The notes beneath the pieces are model-generated. The model did no database searches and was not told the DNA's origin. It worked only from the letters and a program-made list of their open reading frames with translations. Of a stretch of DNA of 64,000 nt, positions 10,260 through 18,935 are shown one piece after another. The translations under genes and the position numbers were made by a program. How positions within the stretch are numbered: the first letter of the stretch is position 1; the number at the start of each line of letters is the position of its first letter. Origin of the DNA: Halorutilales archaeon Cl-col2-1 (GTDB taxonomy: Archaea; Halobacteriota; Halobacteria; Halobacteriales; Afararchaeaceae); contig CP169074.1 in assembly GCA_041891055.1 (NCBI GenBank), positions 544,001 to 608,000 of the forward strand, written 5' to 3'.

Positions 10260-11306
10260 ATGAAAATCGGTTTTTTCGCGTACCACCTCTCCGGTGCTGG
10301 CCCTCGTACTAGGTCACGAACATTAATTAACGCGTTAGCCAATAGGACGAACCATGATATTGTGGTTGTAACAAGTAAAGAGGAGGATTTTACCAATCAA
10401 AACGCCGAAGTGCATCATGAACTAGAGCTATCAGTGAGTGGACTTGTCAAAGGGTTATATAAAACGAGGGAGTATTTTAAAGAAGTGGATGTTGTTCATG
10501 TACCGGTAAATATAAAACAACTTATGTTTGTGCGTTTGATATATAACGGTTCTTTAGTTGCAGGTCCTGGGATACAACATGAATTATACTCCCGTACCTT
10601 AGCAAAGCGTCTGAATATTGATAAAATGGTGGAGACACACGAGTATATATCATATTTATGGAGGAAATCCGGTGTTGATTCAACTTATATCTATCCCACT
10701 ATTGACGAGGATATATTCTACCCTTTCGGAAGAGAGGAGCTTCGTGAAGCGAGAGAGGAAGTAGGAGTATCAGAAAAAGATACTGTCCTCCTCTTTGTAG
10801 GCAAGCTCAATAAATTCAAAGGCGCACATTTATTTTACCAATTAGTAAAAGAGCATTATAGTGGAGGGGATATTACCCCGGTAGTTGCGGGTAATGGCCC
10901 ACTAAGGGAGAAGTTTGAGGAGGATGGAGATTTCCTATATGCTGGATTTGTAGATAATGAAAACCTACCCATCTATTACAACATTGCTGACATAACGATA
11001 GTCCCCAGCAAGCATGAATCCTTCTCAATAGTTAGTCTTGAGTCTATAGCTTGCGGAACTCCTGTTATTACGACAACTTCCGATTCATGCGATATGTCAC
11101 GGATATTTCAAGACACAGGCGCGTACACTTGGACTGAAGAAAGGTCCCCTGAGTCAATAAATTCTGAAATTGACAACTTAACCTCGAATAAAAGCAAATA
11201 CAGACAAAAAGTGAAGAAAGGCTTCAAAACAATCCAGAATAAAGAACTAACCATCTCACATGTCATTAAAAACTATATTGATATATATAAGGAGGTGAGT
11301 GAATAA
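10260..11306 (+). CDS. GT4 glycosyltransferase (AT-rich)
   Basis: LFVGKLNKFKG and PSKHESFSIVSLESIACGTPVI motifs. Confidence 0.87.
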   Translation: MKIGFFAYHLSGAGPRTRSRTLINALANRTNHDIVVVTSKEEDFTNQNAEVHHELELSVSGLVKGLYKTREYFKEVDVVHVPVNIKQLMFVRLIYNGSLVAGPGIQHELYSRTLAKRLNIDKMVETHEYISYLWRKSGVDSTYIYPTIDEDIFYPFGREELREAREEVGVSEKDTVLLFVGKLNKFKGAHLFYQLVKEHYSGGDITPVVAGNGPLREKFEEDGDFLYAGFVDNENLPIYYNIADITIVPSKHESFSIVSLESIACGTPVITTTSDSCDMSRIFQDTGAYTWTEERSPESINSEIDNLTSNKSKYRQKVKKGFKTIQNKELTISHVIKNYIDIYKEVSE

Positions 11307-11307
11307 G

Positions 11308-13101
11308 TCATCCCTTCGACTGAATAGTGTATAGATCCGCGTATTCTCTGCCGTGGTCAAGAAGTTCCCCATGTGTTCCCGACTCGACTATCTCGCCGTC
11401 GTCAAGAGTATATATACAGTCAGCGTTCTTGACAGTCGAAAGTCTGTGCGCAATCGCTATAATACCGTAGTCCCGATCCATAGCCTCTATAGACTCCTGC
11501 ACCTCCTTTTCGAGATTTGTGTCAAGATCACTCGTCGCTTCGTCAAGTACGAGGAAGTCAGCGTCCTTGAGCAGGGCGCGTGCGAGAGCGATACGTTGTC
11601 GCTGACCACCTGAGAGACGTACACCTTCGTCACCTAGCTCAGACTCGTAGCCGTTCGGGAGGTCATCGACAAATTCGTCGACCTTAGCTATCTCGCAGAC
11701 ACGTTCAACCTCTTCGCGCGTCGCGTCACGTCTCGCAACCGTGACATTTCTTTCGAGAGTATCGTTGAAGATGAACGGTTTCTGTCGTACGACGGCAATC
11801 CGCGAACGCCAGTCTTCCATGTCGTACTCGTCTATAGGCACACCATCGCCACGTATCTCGCCGTCGTCAGGATCGTACATACGTGCGAGTAGTGAAACGA
11901 TAGTCGACTTACCTGCACCTGACTGTCCGACGAATGCGATAAAGTCTCCTCGTTCAACCTCGAATGAGATACCGGAAAGAACCTGTTCCTCTTCGTTGTA
12001 CGAGAAACGTACATCATCGAACTCTACGTGGTCAACTCCGGAAACACTGCGCGAACCGTCCTCTTCTTTCCGTCTCGCCAGTTCGACGAGAAATGTCTGT
12101 GTACGAACAAGATGTGAGATGTTACCCTCAACGTTGTATATCTGACTGTTCAGACGACTCACGAGCGGTGAGAGACGGAACATAGCTAGAAGGAAGATAC
12201 CGAGTGCACCTATCGAGAGACCGCTGTATGTGAATCCAATATAGATTAGAATAAAAAGCGCGAGCGATGTTGAGAGGTCGTAGAAGTTCTGAATAGCGGC
12301 TTTGTTCCTCGTTAGATCGATGCTCGAATGTGTGTACTGGCGGATGGCGTCTTTGAATCCTTCGAAGACTTCATCAGAGACACCGAAAAGCTTGACGTCA
12401 CGTATACCCTGTGTTCCCGCCTGTACCTTCTGTTGAACACGTTCGTTCGCTCTCGCAACCCGGTCTCCGACCGTGTATCCCGGCTCGATAACATACCTCA
12501 GCAGGAAGGTTATACCCCCAAGAAGAACAAACGCAAATACAGTCATCGCAGGTGCTATGTAGAACATAACAGCGAGATAGACTGATACTAGAAACGCCGT
12601 CTCCATCGACTGTACGGTATGTTGGATTACTTTCCCGGAGTAACGTGTCTCTGTTATTATCGAGTTGAGTATATTGTCCGAACCTTCATCGTCGAAGTAC
12701 CCGATCCTTGCATCAAGAGCTGTTTTGAAGGTTCGCGTACGCAGATCCTTCTCGTAATTCCTTCTCAAGTTCGCTTTGAGCCACGCGACGAGGAACGACG
12801 ATGTGAAACGTACCGTCATAACAGCACCGATGCCTGTCAGCAGGAACTCAAGTCTGAACGGTATACCGAGCATCTCGTATATGGACAGGAAAACTCCAAG
12901 TACACCACTAGCATCTTCTATCGGCTCACCCGCTTGTGCTACCTCTATGATAGGATATATGAAGCTCAGACCAACGCCTTCAAGAAAGGCTGTAAGACCG
13001 CCGAAGACAGCTATACTCGCAGTTAACTTGGGGTTGTAGCGAGCGACGCGTGCCAAAGCATCAATCTTCTCACGCCAAGTAATATCTTCTGAGTCAGACA
13101 T
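11308..13101 (-). CDS. ABC exporter, fused TMD and NBD (MsbA/PglK-like)
   Basis: N-terminal TM helices, Walker A GQSGAGKST, LSGGQRQR signature, Walker B LVLDEATS; start MSDSED at 13101. Confidence 0.9.
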   Translation of the reverse strand: MSDSEDITWREKIDALARVARYNPKLTASIAVFGGLTAFLEGVGLSFIYPIIEVAQAGEPIEDASGVLGVFLSIYEMLGIPFRLEFLLTGIGAVMTVRFTSSFLVAWLKANLRRNYEKDLRTRTFKTALDARIGYFDDEGSDNILNSIITETRYSGKVIQHTVQSMETAFLVSVYLAVMFYIAPAMTVFAFVLLGGITFLLRYVIEPGYTVGDRVARANERVQQKVQAGTQGIRDVKLFGVSDEVFEGFKDAIRQYTHSSIDLTRNKAAIQNFYDLSTSLALFILIYIGFTYSGLSIGALGIFLLAMFRLSPLVSRLNSQIYNVEGNISHLVRTQTFLVELARRKEEDGSRSVSGVDHVEFDDVRFSYNEEEQVLSGISFEVERGDFIAFVGQSGAGKSTIVSLLARMYDPDDGEIRGDGVPIDEYDMEDWRSRIAVVRQKPFIFNDTLERNVTVARRDATREEVERVCEIAKVDEFVDDLPNGYESELGDEGVRLSGGQRQRIALARALLKDADFLVLDEATSDLDTNLEKEVQESIEAMDRDYGIIAIAHRLSTVKNADCIYTLDDGEIVESGTHGELLDHGREYADLYTIQSKG

Positions 13102-13277
13102 CTGGATTAAACCATAGTTTTCTCGTTCGGATAATAAGAGTGCTGTTTCAAGACCAGCATTGATATACTCTAAGAGAGAAAATCCATATAACAAAGACCA
13201 GAAATACAAAGAGATAATGCCCTCAAAATCGATTATTCTCGTCAGAGTTTTATTGGAACCTATCGAACTTCAACAAA

Positions 13278-14264
13278 ATGAGCATACTCGTAACAGGAGG
13301 GGCGGGCTTCATTGGGGGACATCTCGCCGAGACTTTCGTCGAAGATGGACACGATGTCGTAGCTATAGACAACTTCGACCCCTACTACAGCGTAGGTCTC
13401 AAGAGACACAACGTCGACTGTGCGCGTTCTGCGGCTGAGGAGAGTGACGGCACGTACGAGTTAGTAGAGGGCGACATCCGTGACGAGAAAGTCATCTCCG
13501 AGTTAGTCGAGGACGCCGACTACGTCTTTCACGAGGCGGCACAGGCAGGCGTACGTACGAGCGTCGAGAATCCACAGAAGGTCAACAGCATAAACGAGGG
13601 AGGACTTCTCAATATACTCGAAGCCGCGAAGGACTCGGGTACCGAACGCATCGTAGTGGCGAGTTCGTCGTCTGTCTACGGCAAGCCAGAGTATCTGCCC
13701 TACGACGAGGAGCATCCCAAGAGTCCTGTGAGTCCGTACGGAGTCTCGAAGCTGGCTTCAGAGAACTACACGCGTGTCTACAACGAGTTACACGGGCTCT
13801 CGACCGTCGTCATACGTCCCTTCACAGTCTACGGTCCACGTATGCGTCCCAACATGGCTATAACCAACTTCGTCTCACGGTGTATCAACGGCAAGTCGCC
13901 GGTCGTCTACGGAGACGGCGAACAGACACGTGACTTCACGTATATCGAGGACATAGTCGACGCCCACCGCACTCTTCTTGATACTGACGAAGCAGACGGC
14001 GAGGTCATGAATATCGGCAGTACTGACAATATCTCGATAAACGAGCTCGCGAGGGAGATACGGGATGAGATAGATCCCGACCTCGACATCGAGTACGACG
14101 AGAGACACGACGCCGACGCCGAACACACCCACGCCGACATCTCGAAGGCTAAGAATCTTATAGGCTACGAGCCGAATACGGAGATACGTGAAGGCGTCTC
14201 GGAGTTCGTCGACTGGTACCGCGACAACAGAGACTGGTACGAGACCCTAGTTCTGGAGTCTTGA
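13278..14264 (+). CDS. NAD-dependent epimerase (UDP-glucose/glucuronate 4-epimerase-like)
   Basis: TGGAGFIG, SSSSVYG, PYGVSK, GPRMRPNMA. Confidence 0.9.
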   Translation: MSILVTGGAGFIGGHLAETFVEDGHDVVAIDNFDPYYSVGLKRHNVDCARSAAEESDGTYELVEGDIRDEKVISELVEDADYVFHEAAQAGVRTSVENPQKVNSINEGGLLNILEAAKDSGTERIVVASSSSVYGKPEYLPYDEEHPKSPVSPYGVSKLASENYTRVYNELHGLSTVVIRPFTVYGPRMRPNMAITNFVSRCINGKSPVVYGDGEQTRDFTYIEDIVDAHRTLLDTDEADGEVMNIGSTDNISINELAREIRDEIDPDLDIEYDERHDADAEHTHADISKAKNLIGYEPNTEIREGVSEFVDWYRDNRDWYETLVLES

Positions 14265-14303
14265 GTCTCCCGTGTCTTTAGGTAGCAGGTGCTGAGCTTT
14301 TGT

Positions 14304-14341
14304 CTAACCAACAGACTCCAATATTAGAAGTCGTTGGTTAG
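14304..14341. repeat. Palindromic site, left boundary of accessory element (CTAACCAAC-N20-GTTGGTTAG)
   Basis: 9-bp inverted repeat at 14304-14312 and 14333-14341; the same arms recur at 20358-20400. Confidence 0.7.
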
Positions 14342-14342
14342 C

Positions 14343-14798
14343 TTACAAAGAAAGTCCCTGTTCAACAGTTTCTGGTAGTTCTGGACGGGGGGCATCCTGA
14401 TGCCTTTCTAATTTTTCAGACTTCTTTGTATTATCATAGACTGCTCTCAAGACCGGGACATTATTGAGGTACTGATAATCCCTTAGTACCTGAATACCTC
14501 TTTCAGTAAACCCATAGAAACGAGAAGGTAGGTCTCTCTTATCCTTGTTAGGAGGATACTCATATAGATCAAGTATCCCCTCCTCTATAAGATTATCAAG
14601 CTGATCGTCAATAGCCCCCTTGCTCTTAGGGATCATATAGTCTAACTCATCAAGAGACATGAGGTGTTTTGGATGTCCGAGAATATACCGTACTACTTGG
14701 TGGCGGGTTTCTTGAGAAAGCAGATCAAATAGCTGTCTCTGCTCCTCTAGTGGATCCTCTTTGATTCTCGTCCCGGTTTCGCTCATGTGTGTACTCAT
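14343..14798 (-). CDS. Winged-helix (ArsR-like) transcriptional regulator
   Basis: LLSQETRHQVVRYILG...SLDELDY..KSKGAIDDQLDNLIEEGIL...RFYGFTERG wHTH pattern. Confidence 0.7.
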   Translation of the reverse strand: MSTHMSETGTRIKEDPLEEQRQLFDLLSQETRHQVVRYILGHPKHLMSLDELDYMIPKSKGAIDDQLDNLIEEGILDLYEYPPNKDKRDLPSRFYGFTERGIQVLRDYQYLNNVPVLRAVYDNTKKSEKLERHQDAPRPELPETVEQGLSL

Positions 14799-14902
14799 AC
14801 AGTCTCACTGGATATAATACTTGGGCTTGACTAATGTAGTTTTTTCTAGAAATACTAAAGTGGTGGAGAAGTTATATCCGAATATAGGATAAGTGATTGG
14901 TA

Positions 14903-15658
14903 ATGGAGGATATATCAACACCATCGAACTCGGAGGAGATTTACCAACTCATAGACGGGATCTTACAGGACATAGATCTTGAGCCATTCGAGGCATCCAA
15001 GATAATGGGTTATGTAAATAGAGAGCTGCCACACTTACTACGCCCAGAGACAACATCCTACTTTGTTCTGGGTAGCTACGAATACCCCTATATACGAAGA
15101 CTCAGAATAGTTCATAACGAACTGAGCAGGAGAACAGGATCATATCCGTTCATAATGGGGGATTTGCCCCAGATAGATATAGATAGACTACCTGAGTTTC
15201 GTATAGAGTTTCACTTGCTCGGATTATCGACTGACTACATCGTCGGTGTATATGAAAAAAGAGGGGGCGGAGAAGTAACGGAGTTAGGTAAGATAACGGA
15301 GAAACCGTACTTCGAATACTCGCATATACTACCTCGGTACTACAGATGGTCTGAAAAAGACCAGCCGGAGAGTAAACTCGATATTCTTATAGAGGCTATA
15401 GAGATGGATTCTGAGAATGATCTCAACTCCAGTAGAATGGACAAGTTACTGGAGAAGGCAGAGGAGAATCACATAGATATAGACCGATCGGAGATACGAG
15501 AAGTAATCGATCAAAAGAACCTCGAAGAAGATGATATGCCTGAGTACAGCTGGGTACAAATGAATGAGTTCCGACAGTTTGAGTTACACGGGAGATGTTA
15601 CCCATGGACAACAGAGAAATCTCTCCGAAATCAACTGGATAACGTACCAAGATCCTAA
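14903..15658 (+). CDS. Hypothetical protein, possible nucleoside-deoxyribosyltransferase/TIR-like fold
   Basis: SYFVLGSY...PFIMGD...DYIVGVYEKRGGGEVTELG resembles the beta/alpha pattern and G..ELG motif of NDT-like proteins (inference). Confidence 0.55.
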   Translation: MEDISTPSNSEEIYQLIDGILQDIDLEPFEASKIMGYVNRELPHLLRPETTSYFVLGSYEYPYIRRLRIVHNELSRRTGSYPFIMGDLPQIDIDRLPEFRIEFHLLGLSTDYIVGVYEKRGGGEVTELGKITEKPYFEYSHILPRYYRWSEKDQPESKLDILIEAIEMDSENDLNSSRMDKLLEKAEENHIDIDRSEIREVIDQKNLEEDDMPEYSWVQMNEFRQFELHGRCYPWTTEKSLRNQLDNVPRS

Positions 15659-15746
15659 AGAAATATTCAGTTCTAACTTTCGCTCCTGTGTAAGTTCAAG
15701 TGTTGGTAAAAAACCAACAAGTAGCTACGATAGTCTGTATATGTAC

Positions 15747-15965
15747 TCAGTCCGAGTTCGAGACTTCACGAGGATCTTCTACTAGCTCATAGAGGCCTCT
15801 ATCTACTTTCTCTAAAATCCCGTGTTCTGTCAATCTCTTTATTCTTTGACTGGCATACTGCCTACTTACACCGATTCTATCTGCTAAATTAGCAGGGGTA
15901 TTTCTGCCTTCTCTAAGCTCATTTATTATTTTTGTATCCGTATCATTCAGATCAATATTTGCCAT
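15747..15965 (-). CDS. Small winged-HTH repressor of haloarchaeal MGE type
   Basis: DTKIINELREGRNTPANLADRIGVSRQYASQRIKRLTEHGILEKVDRGLYEL; divergent from the rightward operon. Confidence 0.8.
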   Translation of the reverse strand: MANIDLNDTDTKIINELREGRNTPANLADRIGVSRQYASQRIKRLTEHGILEKVDRGLYELVEDPREVSNSD

Positions 15966-16057
15966 TACTTATACATGGGGCATAGTCCATAAGTATATTC
16001 TGGTAAGTAAGTGACTGTTAGTAAAGTATAAGTGGTCGGCTACCATTAGGTAAGTTA

Positions 16058-16150
16058 AGAAGCGCGATACTCCGGACTACGGGGCTTAGTTCTCGTAGAA
16101 AGGGACGGGTGCGCCAACACCCGCCGAGCGCTTCTCGGAGTGAGAAGCAA
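16058..16150 (+). promoter_or_regulatory. Structured 5' leader with alternative pairings
   Basis: AGAAGCGC (16058-65) pairs with GCGCTTCT (16128-35); inner hairpin CGGGTG-CGCCAA-CACCCG (16106-23); alternative hairpin GCTTCTC-GGAGT-GAGAAGC (16130-48) just before ATG 16151. Confidence 0.45.
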
Positions 16151-16561
16151 ATGTATCATAGCCACGAGACTCGGAAAAACGTATCGTTATTAGAGCAACT
16201 CCTACATGGACTCCGCGTTGGAGTAGGAGAATCGCGTAACGAGATCGCTGTATGCGATAGCTGTGGAGTTCGTCTACGCGAAGGATCCGAAGCTACGGCA
16301 TACGCCAACTCCAGAGCGGGGGAGAGTAGCTGGCATACGAAAGGTGTCTACTGCCGTAACTGCTCGAAGACTCAGATAGAGACATCCACTAAGAACAACG
16401 AAGAAGTCGTCGTTCATGGACATATAGCTCTTCTCCAGGATGCTAAGTATCAGACGTCATCCCTCGTCCTCGTAGAGATAGAAGTCCTCGATTACAGTAG
16501 CGAGAAAGAAGGCGTCGAGACACAGACTCTTGCAGTAACAAAGAGCGACGGAGGTTACTGA
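16151..16561 (+). CDS. Hypothetical Zn-binding protein (CDSC...CRNC)
   Basis: Two CxxC pairs; first gene of the rightward operon. Confidence 0.65.
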   Translation: MYHSHETRKNVSLLEQLLHGLRVGVGESRNEIAVCDSCGVRLREGSEATAYANSRAGESSWHTKGVYCRNCSKTQIETSTKNNEEVVVHGHIALLQDAKYQTSSLVLVEIEVLDYSSEKEGVETQTLAVTKSDGGY

Positions 16562-16562
16562 G

Positions 16563-16742
16563 ATGGACTCGGAAGAACGTCTACGTAAACTCCGCTGTGA
16601 TCACTGTGGTGAGTATCCGTCGCTACACCGTGCCGTCGACAACCAAGAAGTACTCGTCGTTAAATGTGGATGTGAGTCCCCGAGAAGGCTCAGGCTCGGT
16701 ATTCGCAGACTGAAGCCCAAGTCGTGGAGGGCTGAGAGATGA
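16563..16742 (+). CDS. Small Zn-finger protein, 59 aa (MDSEERLRKLRCDHCGEYPSLHRAVDNQEVLVVKCGCESPRRLRLGIRRLKPKSWRAER)
   Basis: Manual translation; CxxCG and CxC motifs; fills the gap exactly and overlaps the next start (ATGA at 16739-42); below the ORF-track cutoff. Confidence 0.65.
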   Translation: MDSEERLRKLRCDHCGEYPSLHRAVDNQEVLVVKCGCESPRRLRLGIRRLKPKSWRAER

Positions 16743-18292
16743 TAGACATCGAAGATCTCAGCCTCGATCCAGAGAAGTACCAGGTCATGCCCGATCTTGA
16801 CGAGGAGGACTACGAGAAGCTCAAACGTGACATCGGTGACAACGGCATCCAGACTGCGATAGACGTCGACGACGAAAACAATGTAATCGATGGACACCAG
16901 CGTATTCGTGCATGTCGTGAACTCGGCATAGACGAGATAGAGGCACGTATCCACGTCGGACTATCAGAAGAGGAGAAGAAAGAACTCGCCTGGAGACTCA
17001 ACCTACAGAGGCGTCATCTCGAGGACGGTCAGAAACGTGATCTAGCGAGGGAGTATCTACTCGATATCTGGGACGGTGAGGCTACAGAAGAAGAAATAGC
17101 CGATACCCTCGGTATCCATAGAAAGACTGTCAACCGCGCCAAACACGACCTTCAAGAAGATGGTAAGCTCGGTCAGGTGACCGAACTTAACACATCTGAA
17201 AAACGTGAGATAGTCAGAGAATACATCGAGGACAATCCCGACGCCTCGAACCGCGAAGTGGCACAAGAAGTCGACTGCGATGTTTCCCACGTGACTGTCG
17301 GCAAATGGCGTAAGTCTGAGGATCAAAACAAAGAGAGCGACTCGAACTCTGACTCCGATGAATCTGAAGACTCCACTGACAAAAGCAGTAACTCCGAATC
17401 CGACTCAAGTTCGGACAAAGAAAAGACAGACTCAGAGCTTTCTTTGACTCTTCGCAACGCTGACTCGAAAGAAGTCAAGAAACTCCGGAGTCTCAGAAAC
17501 AAAGCCGATAAAGGCAACCAAACTGCCCAAGAGCAGCTACAGAGGATAGAAGACGACAGAACCTCAGTCCATACTGCTCACAAGAAAGTGGAAAAAGAGG
17601 AGGCAGAGAAAGAAGTAGAACAACAACGCCGGACAGACGGTGGAGAGACAGCCCCCAGTATAACCGCCAAACCCGCTCTGGAGTTCATCGAAGAGTACGA
17701 GAATAGAGCTGTCGACCTTCTGATCACCGACCCACCATACTGTACTGACGTAGACGATATCGACGGGTTCGCTCAAGGCTGGCTACCCACGGCACTCGAG
17801 AAAGTCAAAGACGACGGCTACGCATACGTCTTCATAGGCGGATACACTCAGGAGATCTATGCCTATCTCTCAGTGCTTGAGGAGATAGACAGGTTCGAGA
17901 GCCAGATCCTGGTCTGGGAGTACAAGAACACACTCGGACAGACTCCCGCAAACCGCTACACGCGTAACTATCAGGCAGTCCTCTTCTTACGCGGTAACGA
18001 GACCAGAGAGCTCAACGCCCCCAAGACCTCCGAACAGTGGGCAGTCCAAAACATCAATGCTCCTGACCCGAGGCACGAAGAGAAACACCACAAATGGCAG
18101 AAGCCTGAAGAACTCCTCGAGCGCTTCATCAGGCATTCGAGCCAAGAAGACGATTTAGTGATCGATCCATTCGCTGGCTCCGGGACTGTCTTGCTCACAG
18201 CAGCGAGTTTAGGCAGAGAAGCATACGGCTGTGACATAGACAACGAAGCCATAGAGACTGCCAGAAAGAGGGGGTGTGTCCTCGATGAGTAA
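16739..18292 (+). CDS. ParB-N / HTH / HTH / N6-adenine or N4-cytosine DNA methyltransferase fusion
   Basis: ParB-like IDGHQRIRAC and LNLQRRHL; HTHs EEEIADTLGIHRKTV and SNREVAQEVDCDVSHVTV; MTase motif IV TDPPY, QKPEEL, then motif I DPFAGSGT (beta-class order). Confidence 0.88.
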   Translation: MIDIEDLSLDPEKYQVMPDLDEEDYEKLKRDIGDNGIQTAIDVDDENNVIDGHQRIRACRELGIDEIEARIHVGLSEEEKKELAWRLNLQRRHLEDGQKRDLAREYLLDIWDGEATEEEIADTLGIHRKTVNRAKHDLQEDGKLGQVTELNTSEKREIVREYIEDNPDASNREVAQEVDCDVSHVTVGKWRKSEDQNKESDSNSDSDESEDSTDKSSNSESDSSSDKEKTDSELSLTLRNADSKEVKKLRSLRNKADKGNQTAQEQLQRIEDDRTSVHTAHKKVEKEEAEKEVEQQRRTDGGETAPSITAKPALEFIEEYENRAVDLLITDPPYCTDVDDIDGFAQGWLPTALEKVKDDGYAYVFIGGYTQEIYAYLSVLEEIDRFESQILVWEYKNTLGQTPANRYTRNYQAVLFLRGNETRELNAPKTSEQWAVQNINAPDPRHEEKHHKWQKPEELLERFIRHSSQEDDLVIDPFAGSGTVLLTAASLGREAYGCDIDNEAIETARKRGCVLDE

Positions 18293-18893
18293 GAGTAGAG
18301 GATGGAGGGGCGACCTCAGACAGAGTGCCGACGCTTTCGAGAGAGTCGTCTATCCCGAGATAGCCGACGAGATCGGCGTAGGCGGAGGAGAGCTACTCTC
18401 GGTAGAGAGAGCCGATCCTGACGACCCGGAGAGTCAGAGGATAATAGAGATGCTCGATAGCTATGCTGGGATCGATTACCTACATAAAGACACCGACGGG
18501 ATAGTACGTGGGATAGCGAGTCGCGTGCAGAGATCGACCGACTACGGTAGCTTTACAGTTCGTCTAAAACGTGAAAGTCACAAACCCACCGAGTTCGGCA
18601 AGCGTCTCAAGTCGATTGAGTTCGGCGGGTTACACCCACAGATCACCTCTCAGGCGTATGTGCGTGATGGAGAATTAATCAACGTCGGACTCTGCCGTAC
18701 ACAAGGTCTCATCAACTACATCGTAAACGGAGAGATCAACACTCACTATCTCTTGAATCAAGTAGACGAGAACGGAGAGGCCCATTTTGTCGTCGTCTTT
18801 TGGGAGGACTACGCTCGGTACACGGACAGCTACCTCCACGTACACGACGAAAAAGAGTACCACAGATCCGCCGAGGAGATAGCTCCAGCGTGA
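18285..18893 (+). CDS. Hypothetical protein, possible divergent PD-(D/E)xK-like nuclease partner of the MTase
   Basis: Overlaps the MTase stop, SD-like GAGGGGGTG upstream; YAGIDY...GIASRVQ...FTVR...TEFGKR pattern; function is inferred. Confidence 0.6.
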   Translation: MSKSRGWRGDLRQSADAFERVVYPEIADEIGVGGGELLSVERADPDDPESQRIIEMLDSYAGIDYLHKDTDGIVRGIASRVQRSTDYGSFTVRLKRESHKPTEFGKRLKSIEFGGLHPQITSQAYVRDGELINVGLCRTQGLINYIVNGEINTHYLLNQVDENGEAHFVVVFWEDYARYTDSYLHVHDEKEYHRSAEEIAPA

Positions 18894-18935
18894 TCTGACT
18901 AGACCACCTCTATCCCATCATTTTTCAGAATATCT

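Noticed and set aside
17330-17470. Repetitive GACTC/AACTC-rich stretch that could be mistaken for a repeat array
   Set aside because: It encodes the Ser/Asp low-complexity linker of the ParB-MTase and has no constant repeat-spacer period, so it is not CRISPR.
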